A stretch of 64,000 nucleotides of DNA, from the NCBI GenBank assembly GCA_020630615.1, contig JAHDBA010000001.1:155881-219880 (forward strand), read 5' to 3'. The notes beneath the pieces are model-generated. The model saw only the letters and a list, made by a program, of their open reading frames with translations. It did not search any database and was not told the origin of the DNA. Made by a program: the position numbers and the translations under genes. This stretch comes from Myxococcota bacterium. GTDB taxonomy: Bacteria > Myxococcota > UBA727 > JAHDBA01. Of this stretch, positions 48,379-58,174 are shown one piece after another (the first letter of the stretch is position 1; every line of letters begins with the position of its first letter).

Positions 48379-49694
48379 AGGTAAGACTTGAAGTGGCCCC
48401 ACAAGAAACGTTGTGGGTACCTTTTAATCAAAAACTACTGAACGCAGCGAAATTTTTGTCGGTATTGACGATCGTGATTGGTGGTCTTGTGCTTGTTTTG
48501 CCATGGCGACAGAACATTTCTGTTACGGGGCAGGTCACTGCGCTAGACCCTAATATGCGGCCACAGGATATCGAAGCGCCGCTTAAAGGTGTCATTAAAA
48601 CCTGGCACGTTCGGGAAGGTGATTATGTTGAAAAGGGTGCATTGCTCGTGACTCTGGTCGACAACGATCCCTTGTACCAAGATCGTATCCAACAGCAGTT
48701 GAATGCCTCAGCGCAAAAACTAAAGCTCTACGAAGAGAAAGAAAATCAGGAGGGTGAGCGCCTCAACGCACTTATCGCGGAGAAAGGGGCAATCTTGGAT
48801 TCCCTGATTCATGAAGTCGAGATGATTCGGGAACAGGTGAGTAAGTCTGAGGCTGAACTCATGGGTGTTCGTTCAAAAGCGAAAACCGCAGAGTTAAATT
48901 ACAAGCGAACTCAAGAGTTATTTCAGAAAGGGCTTCGTTCGCAACGCGATCAAGAACTTGCACAAATGAAAGCAGAAACGACGAGCGCTGCACTTCAGCA
49001 ATATCAAGCGGGGTTGTCAGAGAAACGGTCGAAGTTGAAGTCGACGCAGGCTAAGGTTCAAGAAAAACGGGCTGCCTTGAAAGCCGCACAAGCAAAGCTT
49101 AATGTCGCGATTACAGATATCAAGACTTCTCAACAAGATGCACAGAAAGAAGTTCAAGAAAAAGAGGTGGTGTTTGCTCGACAAAAAAACCAGGAAATTC
49201 GTGCCGCACGCTCGGGTATGGTGACGCAAATTTATAAGGCTGGAGCAAACGTTCAAGTCAAGCAGGGCGATTCACTACTCACAATGGTTCCCCAAAGTCA
49301 GGACCGCATTGTTGAACTCTTTGTTACGGGTAGAGATATTGTTCTGGTTCGACTGGGAACACACGTCCGACTCCAATTTGAAGGATGGCCTGCGATCCAG
49401 TTTGCGGGTTGGCCGTCAATCGCCATTGGCTCTTTCGGGGGTAAAGTTGTTTCAATACAAGCTCAGCATCTGAGCTCAAAACAAGGATATCGAGTTCTTG
49501 TCGAACCGGATGGCGATGTTGAGTGGCCGGATTCAAGATTTCTTTATCAGGGGCTTAAAGCGAAGGGGTGGCTCATTCTTAATCGAGTGAGTCTCGGCTT
49601 TGAAATATGGCGACAGTTGAATGGTTTCCCGCCTACCGGTCAACTTTTTGATAAGCCCGAAAAGGCGCCAAAGTTTAAAGGTAAAAAGTTATGA
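48375..49694 (+). CDS. HlyD-family membrane-fusion (periplasmic adaptor) protein
   Basis: N-terminal TM, long coiled-coil, C-terminal beta domain; ATGA overlap with the upstream gene. Confidence 0.8.
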   Translation: MKVRLEVAPQETLWVPFNQKLLNAAKFLSVLTIVIGGLVLVLPWRQNISVTGQVTALDPNMRPQDIEAPLKGVIKTWHVREGDYVEKGALLVTLVDNDPLYQDRIQQQLNASAQKLKLYEEKENQEGERLNALIAEKGAILDSLIHEVEMIREQVSKSEAELMGVRSKAKTAELNYKRTQELFQKGLRSQRDQELAQMKAETTSAALQQYQAGLSEKRSKLKSTQAKVQEKRAALKAAQAKLNVAITDIKTSQQDAQKEVQEKEVVFARQKNQEIRAARSGMVTQIYKAGANVQVKQGDSLLTMVPQSQDRIVELFVTGRDIVLVRLGTHVRLQFEGWPAIQFAGWPSIAIGSFGGKVVSIQAQHLSSKQGYRVLVEPDGDVEWPDSRFLYQGLKAKGWLILNRVSLGFEIWRQLNGFPPTGQLFDKPEKAPKFKGKKL

Positions 49695-51167
49695 TGCCTC
49701 GAAACATTCAAAAAATGCTGTCACTTCAGCGAACTTACGTCTTGGTTGGCCTTGTCTTGTGTCGATTCGGGCACGCAGCTGAAGTTGAGAATGTCATTTC
49801 CAATGTTTCGGGTGAAAAAGAGTTGTTACAAGATTTTTTGAGCAATGTGCGCGTACAGCATGAGCAGTTTCGCGTTTTTGAGCAGCGTGTGCGTGCCGCC
49901 GAAGCAAATCTGCAAGGGAAGCTCGGCGTGTTTGATCCAAAAATTTACGGCGGTATTCGAGGGCGCACGGGCAAGAACGAGTGGTTGCAGGGGGAAGTAG
50001 GAGTCAAAACTTTACTCCCTTGGTACGGGGTGGAGGCAAGCGTTGGTTATGAAAATTCTGACGGCATCTTCGAGGATTACGAAGGGGCGTACCGGACAAC
50101 CGTTGGTGGAGACTGGGTCGCAAAGCTTCGAGTCCCGGTGTTGAGGGGAGGTTGGTATGACGAAGCGCGCTGGGATCGTGACGAAAGTGTTCTTAAGCTT
50201 GAACTTGTCAATCAAGAGGTGCGAGGACTGGAGCTGGAGTTTCAGTATGAAGCTCTTGAGGCTTTGTGGCGCGCACGAATTGCCGAACGTAAACGTCGTC
50301 TTTACGAAGAAATGGTGACACGAGCTCGAGAAAGAGTTTCGATGATCACGAGTGAAGTCAATGCGGGGAATCGCGCGGAAATAGACCTTGTTGAGGCGCA
50401 CTCGATGCTTGACGACCGAAATGCGCATTTGAAGCGTGCAGAGGCGAAGCTTTCATCTGAAGAAGAGAAATTGTCATTTTTTGCAATGTTTCCGAAGGAA
50501 GGTTCGAACGCACTGGTTGAACAGCATTCAGAGACTCTCGAAGAACATTCCGAACGCTCCCAATGAAATGTGCGAAGACTCCAAATGGATCGAGCGTCAT
50601 CCCAAAATTCTCATGTTGGATGTCAAACTTGAATTGAATGAGCTTCTGAATCGAATGGCAACCAATGAACTTATGCCGAGACTTGACCTCAATGCAAAGT
50701 TGGAGCTTGACACCTTGTCTTTGAATGAAGGGAGTTCGAATAATTATTTCATCGGATTGGATGGTGAATCGTCAATTTTATTGAGGAAGGGACGGGGTAT
50801 ATCAAATATGGCCAAAGCAAATCAAAGGGCGTTGCAAGCTAAACGTGGGGTTCAGGGGCGTGAGTTGCGACAGAAGTGTCGAGCGGCATATCAAGTTCTC
50901 TCTGGCTATGAAGATGCAACCGGCTTTTTAAGTTCGCGAGTGAGTGCGATGACACGGCTGACGGAAGCAGCGCAAAGTGAATTTGCCGTCGGAGCAGGCG
51001 ATCTTATCGACGTCAACGTTCGAGAGTCAAAAGAGATCAAGGCACGAATCGAGTATATTGAAAATCTGGGAGCCGCTCATATCAATGCGGTTCGTTTATT
51101 TGCGATGATGCGTTTGGCTCCCAAGAGTTATCTTGATGCACTCTTTGCTAGCGAATTATCAAACTGA
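49691..51167 (+). pseudogene. TolC-like outer-membrane factor split across two reading frames (apparent frameshift near 50436-50566)
   Basis: First OEP repeat is in frame 2 (49691-50566), second OEP repeat in frame 3 (50436-51167); combined length ~490 aa equals a normal TolC. Confidence 0.55.
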
Positions 51168-51361
51168 ACAACGACATCGACGACGCGACGAATAGAGTTA
51201 ACAGACGTTAAATTCATGAGAATGGCAAACAAAGCTAGGTTGTCGGGAGGGGTTGTTTCTTCAACAGGGACAGAGGACGGTAGCGCAAAAATACAATACA
51301 CCCACAACCCCATTGACCCATATAGCTCTAATGGTTCGAGCGACTGAATCCAATCTCTGGG

Positions 51362-52723
51362 CTACATTGCTACTGTTTCTGTTTCAGGGCTCGCAAGTTC
51401 TTCTGAAGAAGGTTTGAGTAGAGCAAGGGCGAAAGAGAGTACACCTAGCCGCCCCATAAACATTAGAACTGATATCATGAGCAGTCCAAAATCGTCTAAG
51501 GTTGAAGTTGCACCTAATGAAAGCCCAACGGTGCTTAGCGCGGATACGGCTTCAAACAAAATAGAGAATCCAGAGAGCTTCACATCTTGTGATACGAATA
51601 GACAGAAAATGGCGCCTAAAAGAATTGCTCCATACGAAATGAACGATGATAACGCTAAAAATTGGTTCTTTTTGGGTATACGTACACTTAGAAATGTGAC
51701 GTGTGAGCGACTTTTAGTTACCGATTGGAGGATGGCCCACAACGCAGTGACTGATGTCGTCTTAATACCACCGCCCGTCCCAGCAGGGGACGCACCGATT
51801 GCCATCACGACAAGGATGATAAGGAGGGAGGCGCGTGACATTGTATTGAGGTCAATCGAGTTAAGGCCGACTGTCGTATGTGCAGAAAGAATTTGGAAGA
51901 ATGCGTCGAGTGTGCCGGTACCACGGGGATGCAACCAGCTCCAGTCCGCAAAGAAAGATAAAAGGGTCGCTCCCAGGCAAATCAGAGACGATGTACACAC
52001 AATTATCTAGGAGGTTTGTGTCATACGTGGTTGATGACGAATTAATCGGAGCCAACCGTCGAGAAGAACAATGAAACCGAGTGAGCCTAGAAGGGAAATA
52101 ATTGCGCTCGTATATAGAATGAGTGGAGATGAAGAAAAGTCGCCTAGTGAGTTTTCGAAGAGACTAAAACCAGCCGTGCAAAAAGTAGAGATGCTATGAA
52201 AGAGCGCCATCCAAAGAGGATCCTCTACACCGGCGTTCTGAAAACCCAGATAGAGTATCAAGGCACCACAAGCCTCAATAAGGAGTGTGAAAATGACAAC
52301 GCTGTAAATAAAAGTAAAAGTGGGATATTCATCTGGAAGGTTAAAGTCGAGCTTTAATAACCTGAGCGATAACGTGTCCATTCGACGGCGACAACTGAGG
52401 ATGATGAAGCCACTGATTGCCATATATCCGATGCCACCAATCTGAATAAAGAAGAGTGAAAAAAAGTGTCCCAAAGTGGTGAAATCTTCTGCAAAGTTGG
52501 TTGGGGCAAGTCCGGTGGTACTGACGATAGAAATTGCGTAAAATAGTATTTGAATCGAAGTGAGTTCTTCGTAGCGACTAAAGGGTAGGTAGAGAAGTAC
52601 AAAACATATGAAGCAGAGCAGCAAATATCCGATAATCAGCAAACGGATCGCAGTGCGAGCCGCATTACCTTTAATCGTGAGACGATTTAGAATGAGAGAC
52701 CACAACTCTTTCAGGGAAATCAC
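51362..52723 (-). pseudogene. ktrB: TrkH/KtrB-family K+ transporter membrane subunit interrupted by an in-frame TAG
   Basis: N-terminal half (52007-52723) and C-terminal half (51362-52000, GTG-initiated in the ORF track) share one frame, separated by TAG at 52007-52009; GGGIKT, CTAGF, LSTVGLS selectivity-filter-like motifs are spread over both halves. Confidence 0.55.
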
Positions 52724-52988
52724 ATTGACCTTCCTATCTTCTGTGCCAACGACAACACTTACGTAAGGTTTTTGAGATACTATTGCCCTCAGTTTTTACC
52801 GTTGCGTCTAACAGAAATTAAACGTGTTGAGGGTACCTTACCCCTGTATCTGAGAGCCGGGTATGATCGTAAGTGTATTCATCTCCCCATCACTATAAAC
52901 CAGTCTTTGGTAGGGGAAATGCCCGCAAAGAGCGGGCGTAGGCAAATCGTTATTCAAGAATCTACCCTACGTCAAATATATTCTCATT

Positions 52989-53393
52989 TCAGATGCTGCT
53001 TTCAATGCACATCATATCGACAACGAGCTGAGGAAAAATTTCTTGGACAGATTCGATTGCAGCATCTTTAGCGCGCTTACTCTGAACATCGCCGCTGAGT
53101 GCGATGATACGTTCATTGGCATGAACAATCACATTATCTGCCAACACGAGTGGACTATCGTAAATTTCTTTATGGACCTTTCTCTCTAAGTTGCGATTAC
53201 GTTGAACGACCGCTAAAAGCGGGTTCGGAGTTTCACTTTGAGCGCACCAGTCAACTCGAAGAGGTTCGTCGCTATCGGGTCTTGGATGAGTATCTAATGC
53301 CGAGGCAGCGGTTGTAAAACTTAGCGAGAAAAAAGCGCAAGCTAAAATGCGCGTAATTATTGGGGACGTTGTTTTGTTGTGGTTCATCTTCAT
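52989..53393 (-). CDS. Secreted BON-domain (OsmY-like) protein
   Basis: Signal peptide; VIVHANERIIALSGDVQSKRAKDAAIESV BON pattern. Confidence 0.55.
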   Translation of the reverse strand: MKMNHNKTTSPIITRILACAFFSLSFTTAASALDTHPRPDSDEPLRVDWCAQSETPNPLLAVVQRNRNLERKVHKEIYDSPLVLADNVIVHANERIIALSGDVQSKRAKDAAIESVQEIFPQLVVDMMCIESSI

Positions 53394-53448
53394 ATTACTC
53401 TCGTTGTTTAGGTACTATTATCGTGCAAAAATTCTTACGCTCACGTGC

Positions 53449-53977
53449 TTAGGATGTCGAGAGCGCCTGGACATGTGTGGTTGAGTTTTCAGCATATCCA
53501 AGTGGTGGGTGGACGTGCTGAACGTGTTCTCGAGCATGATCCATGTCTTCAATATGGGGGACCAGCATTACGGGACGCTTCGATGTGCGTGCGATTTGGC
53601 CAGGCGTTTCAACCAAAAAGATACGGTCAAGCAATGACTTTTTGCGCGCCGAAATAAAAAGCAAAGGCTCTTCTAGAGCTTCGATAACACTCATAAGAGT
53701 GCCGCTAACAAAACTTCCCACTGAGGGTAACGTGACCTGAACATCGCAAACCATGCCAAACTCAGTTTTTATCCATTCAGTATATACATGTCGAAGTCCA
53801 ATCCCGTTGTGCACGTGTTGATCTCCGGATATCGAACTTGGCAGATACTCAAAGCCGTCCACGATAACATTAAAGGGCAGACTGAACTTGTCTGCAAAAT
53901 GGAGTCCGCTCTCGATTACTGTTTTCGCTTCATCATCTTGTTTGTGGATCATGGGTGTAATAGTTTTAAAGTTCATT
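53449..53977 (-). CDS. Universal-stress-protein-like (tentative)
   Basis: N-terminal …TITPMIHKQDDEAKTVIESGLHFA… and C-terminal …RTSKRPVMLVP resemble the UspA fold pattern; weak. Confidence 0.35.
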
Positions 53978-54484
53978 GCTTCTCCTTTCCTGGTATTTTG
54001 CAAACCTCGTGCCAATGTCTAATATCGCCGCTTGGTTTATTTCTTTGGGCCCAAAAAATAGCTAGTCGTACTATTCTCACCAATATTGATGTGGCTAAAT
54101 TCAGCAATGCTCTAAATAGCAACATAAATAACTGTGTGTTTTTTGCTGCTTTTTCTAGTGCACTGACGACTTCATGAGAAATATTAATAGGTGAACTCAT
54201 TACCATTGCGAACTGATGCTGGACGTAGTTTCGAAGTATATCGATTTGGGAGCGTATGATAACGACTTCACCTTTATCGAAAACCCACTGCAAGTGCATA
54301 TTTAGGGCATGGGGGTGTAATAGTGGTCTGGCCCTTTTATATCAACCGCAGTCTTTAGCGCTTGTTCGACTTAGTACATTAGTTGATATGAAGGGTGTCA
54401 ACACTTACACTAACGACGAGTTGGATGTACTTGTTGTTGCTAAATACAACATTGTAGTAGATGGTAGGAGCCAGGGGTGTTTTC

Positions 54485-55876
54485 ATGGCAGAGCCCGGTT
54501 CCTTTCATTTTCTCTTAGGCAGTGACAACCAAAGTGATATCGAGACTTTCCGGCTCGTTGTCAATACTATTGATCTTCCTGCTTTGGTCTCAACATCAGT
54601 TTTAAGCTTTGAGCGTGCTCTTAGTGAGCACCAACCGATGGTCATCTTGATTGATGAGAATTTTGGTCGAGGTTGCGGCGTCGACATTTGTGCATCGTTA
54701 TGCGACCAAGCCCCTGATCTCTACACGATTGTCCTTTCTGAATCCGAAGACTTTGCGCACGCTATTGAGGTTATCCGTTCGGGTGCATCCGACTATTTGG
54801 TTAAACCACTGACTGAATCGTCGCTAAAACATCGGCTCAAAATTGCGGAACGGGCGATGCGGCCTCACCAGAAGATACGCGAGCTTGAGTCAATAGTAGA
54901 GGCTCAACATGCGAGTGAAGATGATGTCATCGGTCAGTCTGCGTCTTTCCAGCGTGTACAGGAGAGAATCTTACGATATGCGCCGATTGATGCACCCGTA
55001 TTAATGACCGGACCCTCAGGCACAGGTAAGTCGATGAGCGCAAAACTCATTCATGATGCCAGTGTACGCGCGCATAAGCCTTTTCTCGAGGTCAACTGTG
55101 CGACGCTTAATGAGCAACTCATCGACTCAGAGCTTTTCGGCCATGTAAAGGGTGCGTTTACCGGTGCGGAGCGGTCAAAACGCGGTATTTTTGAGGCTGC
55201 ACATGAAGGCACTGTGTTTTTAGATGAAATCGCAGAACTACCCATCGGCCTGCAACCCAAGCTTTTATCTGTTCTCCAGGACGGTCGAGTACGTCGTGTC
55301 GGGGCGACTGAATCCACGCTCGTCGATGTTCGTGTGATTGCTGCTACGAACCGAAATCTTGTTAGTGCGGTCGAGGATGGAAGCTTTCGATCGGACCTAT
55401 ATTTTCGGTTGAACGTTTTGTCGTTGGAGCTACCTGCACTCAAAGATCGCAAAAGCGACATCGCATTACTCGCGCAAAGTATTCTCACATCCAAGTGCGA
55501 AGAGTTTGATTTGAAAAATAAACATCTCAATGCAAGCGCAGTTGAAATGCTGAAGCGCCACACCTGGCCGGGAAATATTCGTGAACTTGAGAATATTTTA
55601 ATTCAGGCAATCGCGATGACTGATGGTGATACAATTCATGTCCAGAACTTACCGAAGAGTGTATTTGATATTGAGCTGACAATCCCTGACTCAGCCCCTT
55701 CAGATACATCATCCTTTCAACATCAGGGTGGTGTGACTCTCGCTGATATTGAAGCTGCCTACATCGATTTTGTACTTCAACAAACAGGGCAGAACAAAAG
55801 CAAAGCAGCAGATATGCTCGGTATCGATCGTGGAACCTTATACAGAAAGCTAAAGCAGAGACGTGACCAAAGCTGA
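54485..55876 (+). CDS. Sigma-54-dependent transcriptional activator (NtrC/Fis family) with atypical N-terminal receiver-like domain
   Basis: AAA+ sigma-54 interaction domain (GPSGTGKSMSAKLIH, ESELFGHVKGAFTGA, GAF/arginine-finger region), C-terminal Fis-type HTH (KAADMLGIDRGTLYRKLK); receiver region lacks the usual acidic pocket. Confidence 0.85.
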   Translation: MAEPGSFHFLLGSDNQSDIETFRLVVNTIDLPALVSTSVLSFERALSEHQPMVILIDENFGRGCGVDICASLCDQAPDLYTIVLSESEDFAHAIEVIRSGASDYLVKPLTESSLKHRLKIAERAMRPHQKIRELESIVEAQHASEDDVIGQSASFQRVQERILRYAPIDAPVLMTGPSGTGKSMSAKLIHDASVRAHKPFLEVNCATLNEQLIDSELFGHVKGAFTGAERSKRGIFEAAHEGTVFLDEIAELPIGLQPKLLSVLQDGRVRRVGATESTLVDVRVIAATNRNLVSAVEDGSFRSDLYFRLNVLSLELPALKDRKSDIALLAQSILTSKCEEFDLKNKHLNASAVEMLKRHTWPGNIRELENILIQAIAMTDGDTIHVQNLPKSVFDIELTIPDSAPSDTSSFQHQGGVTLADIEAAYIDFVLQQTGQNKSKAADMLGIDRGTLYRKLKQRRDQS

Positions 55877-55899
55877 TTCTGACTGGGGACAACGACACT

Positions 55900-55915
55900 T
55901 GGCACGTTGATTGCA
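55900..55915 (+). promoter_or_regulatory. Sigma-54 (-24/-12) promoter TGGCACG-N4-TTGCA
   Basis: ttGGcacgttgatTGCa with exact consensus spacing, 24 nt after the activator stop and ~28 nt before the mscS start. Confidence 0.6.
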
Positions 55916-55942
55916 AAACCTTGGGTAAAGGAGATGCACTCT

Positions 55943-56929
55943 ATGCTTGAAGATTTAACGACACACGACTTATCACTAACTGACATCGACAAGATCTTAT
56001 CAACCAACCTTTTTACGATTGGAGATGAGACATTTACTATCGGGACGCTCATTGTTTTGAGTGCTCTAATGTTAATAGGGCATTTCGTGAGTATTTTTGT
56101 AGCCCGGGGTACGAAGAAACTGCTTGAACAGACGGCTTTTCCTCGAGCAAAATGTATTGTTGTATCCAAGGTGGTTCATTTTACCACTTGGTTTTTTGCT
56201 TTGACGGTATCGTTGAGTGTTGTTGGTGTAGAAATTTCCGCGCTCTTTGCGGCCGGCGCAGCATTTGCTGTAGTGCTTGGTTTCGCGTTGCAACATTTAG
56301 CCCAAAATTTTGTGAGTGGCGTTATCTTATTATTGGAGGGCCGAATCCGGCGAGGTGATATTATCGAATACGATTCGCGCATTGTACAGGTGCAGACCAT
56401 CGGACTTCGGTCCACACTTGCGCGTACCTTTGACGAAGATGAGCTTATCATCCCGAACAAAGAGTTGGCCGACAAAGCCGTTCACAACAGGTCGCTATCA
56501 GATACTTTGGTTCGAGTACAGACCCAGGTGAGTGTGGCTTATGGCGTCGATCCAGATAACGTTTCTAGTGTACTAAAGAGCGCAGTTGAAAAACATGAGT
56601 TTAGTTTGAAGTCTCGCGACCCTCTCGTGAATTTAATCGAGTTTGCAGACTCCGGACTACTCTATGAGGTGTCGATGTGGACGAAGCGTCCTTCGAAACG
56701 CTATCGGGACCGAGGTTTGCTAAATACACTGATTTATAAAGCGTTACGGGATGCTCAGATTGAGATCCCCTATCCACACCTTCAGCTTAATATCGCCAAC
56801 GTAGATAGGCTTGAGAAAAATGCGTTAAATCCAAGTGAAAATCAACATTCAAAGGGCATTTCACAACGAGATTATGACAGTCCCTGTTCGTCGCCCTTTT
56901 CAGTGAACAGGACTGAGGCGTCCGCATAG
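55943..56929 (+). CDS. mscS: Small-conductance mechanosensitive channel (MscS family)
   Basis: MscS TM3/beta-domain signature …FAVVLGFALQHLAQNFVSGVILLLEGRIRRGDIIEYD…; AGGAG RBS 9 nt before ATG 55943. Confidence 0.75.
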   Translation: MLEDLTTHDLSLTDIDKILSTNLFTIGDETFTIGTLIVLSALMLIGHFVSIFVARGTKKLLEQTAFPRAKCIVVSKVVHFTTWFFALTVSLSVVGVEISALFAAGAAFAVVLGFALQHLAQNFVSGVILLLEGRIRRGDIIEYDSRIVQVQTIGLRSTLARTFDEDELIIPNKELADKAVHNRSLSDTLVRVQTQVSVAYGVDPDNVSSVLKSAVEKHEFSLKSRDPLVNLIEFADSGLLYEVSMWTKRPSKRYRDRGLLNTLIYKALRDAQIEIPYPHLQLNIANVDRLEKNALNPSENQHSKGISQRDYDSPCSSPFSVNRTEASA

Positions 56930-56979
56930 GTGGAGGTCGTCAACCCTCTAGAATTTCTCACATTAACAAAGGAAACCCA

Positions 56980-57327
56980 ATGAACATCACGGATTATACA
57001 GATAATCAAACACGCATAAAAAGATTTAATAAGTTAGACAAGCACTGCCGTGCCAAAAGGAAAGATATCCATAAGGCTAAGATACGCTCTTCAGAAGCAA
57101 GTTGGGCCAAAGTCATGACACTATCACTCGTCTTGCCTGTTTTTATCGTATCAACGATGGCAATTACTCTAGAAAATATTGTGTTGGGTGCGTGTGCAGT
57201 CATCCTTTTTCTCTGCATGATTCTCTTTATGTATCGAGCTTTTGTTCAAACCATTGGGAACGGATCAAGTCTGGAACAAAACCGAAGAGACTTACACAGA
57301 ATTCAAAGGATTCAGCAAAACTATTGA
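56980..57327 (+). CDS. Small hypothetical membrane protein
   Basis: Basic N-terminus then two hydrophobic helices. Confidence 0.3.
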   Translation: MNITDYTDNQTRIKRFNKLDKHCRAKRKDIHKAKIRSSEASWAKVMTLSLVLPVFIVSTMAITLENIVLGACAVILFLCMILFMYRAFVQTIGNGSSLEQNRRDLHRIQRIQQNY

Positions 57328-57635
57328 TTGAAACCCTAAGAAAGTCGCAATTCGCTAAGTGAGGTAAACTTTGGCGTGGAGAGATTAGGAGTGTAACAAA
57401 GCCTGGTGATATCCAACATGAAAAGCCCGCGTGTAGCGAGCTTCACACCCTCACGGGGTACCAACCAAATGTGAGTTACCTTGAGAGGCCCTCCTCCTCA
57501 ACAAAGATAGACACAGAATAGGCCATCAATGCGCTTCGTCTATCGGTAGAGTGGGGGATGGCATTTGGCTTAAAGCCCCAGTTCAAGTGAAGACTGGCCG
57601 AAGGCGGAAGATTTCGCTATACTGACAAGACGCAT

Positions 57636-58006
57636 GGGGGCGATTTTGGATTCGACGGGGGTAGGAAGAGATAAGTTGCATGTCCCGCCTGAATGGCGAG
57701 CGGGTTAATAAATGCCTTTCAACGTAATAACTGCAAACGATAATGTAGAACTTGCAATGGCTGCCTAAACCGTAGTTGCATTGCCGTCGCTCCGAGGTTG
57801 TCTGTGCTGAGGAACTAGCGGCGCCAACCCAGCAGGCTGGATGATGTGTTGGTTCTCTTTGGCCCATCATTGAGATTAAGGAGAGAGCCTCTAGATGAAA
57901 GCCTGTTTGTGGGCGCGCATTTAGAAAATTAAATCACAAAATAAACATGTAGATGCTTATGTTGGACGACTTTCGGACGCGGGTTCGACTCCCGCCGCCT
58001 CCACCA
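57636..58006 (+). ncRNA. ssrA: tmRNA (transfer-messenger RNA, SsrA), one-piece, CCA encoded
   Basis: 5' GGGGGCGATTTTGGATTCGACGGGG…; 3' …GGACGCGGGTTCGACTCCCGCCGCCTCCACCA; acceptor stem has G3-U pair; internal tag ORF gca aac gat aat gta gaa ctt gca atg gct gcc taa (ANDNVELAMAA). Confidence 0.9.
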
Positions 58007-58174
58007 CCTACTGCACTGAGGCTAAAATCTGCTTGGTTATCTTTTTCACCTCAGACTAGCGGCATTGTAAAAGTAAATTTTAAGTTTGGTGAGGGTTGGT
58101 GTGTCACCAATCAACCAATCGCCGTCTAGTGGCGGTATTGGTTGTACGACATTCGTCGGCGCCAAATTTCAGAC

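Noticed and set aside
52007-52009. Possibility that TAG is a sense codon (genetic-code reassignment) explaining the split ktrB
   Set aside because: TAG is used as the terminator of other well-supported genes in the window (e.g. the OmpA-family gene ending at 2017).
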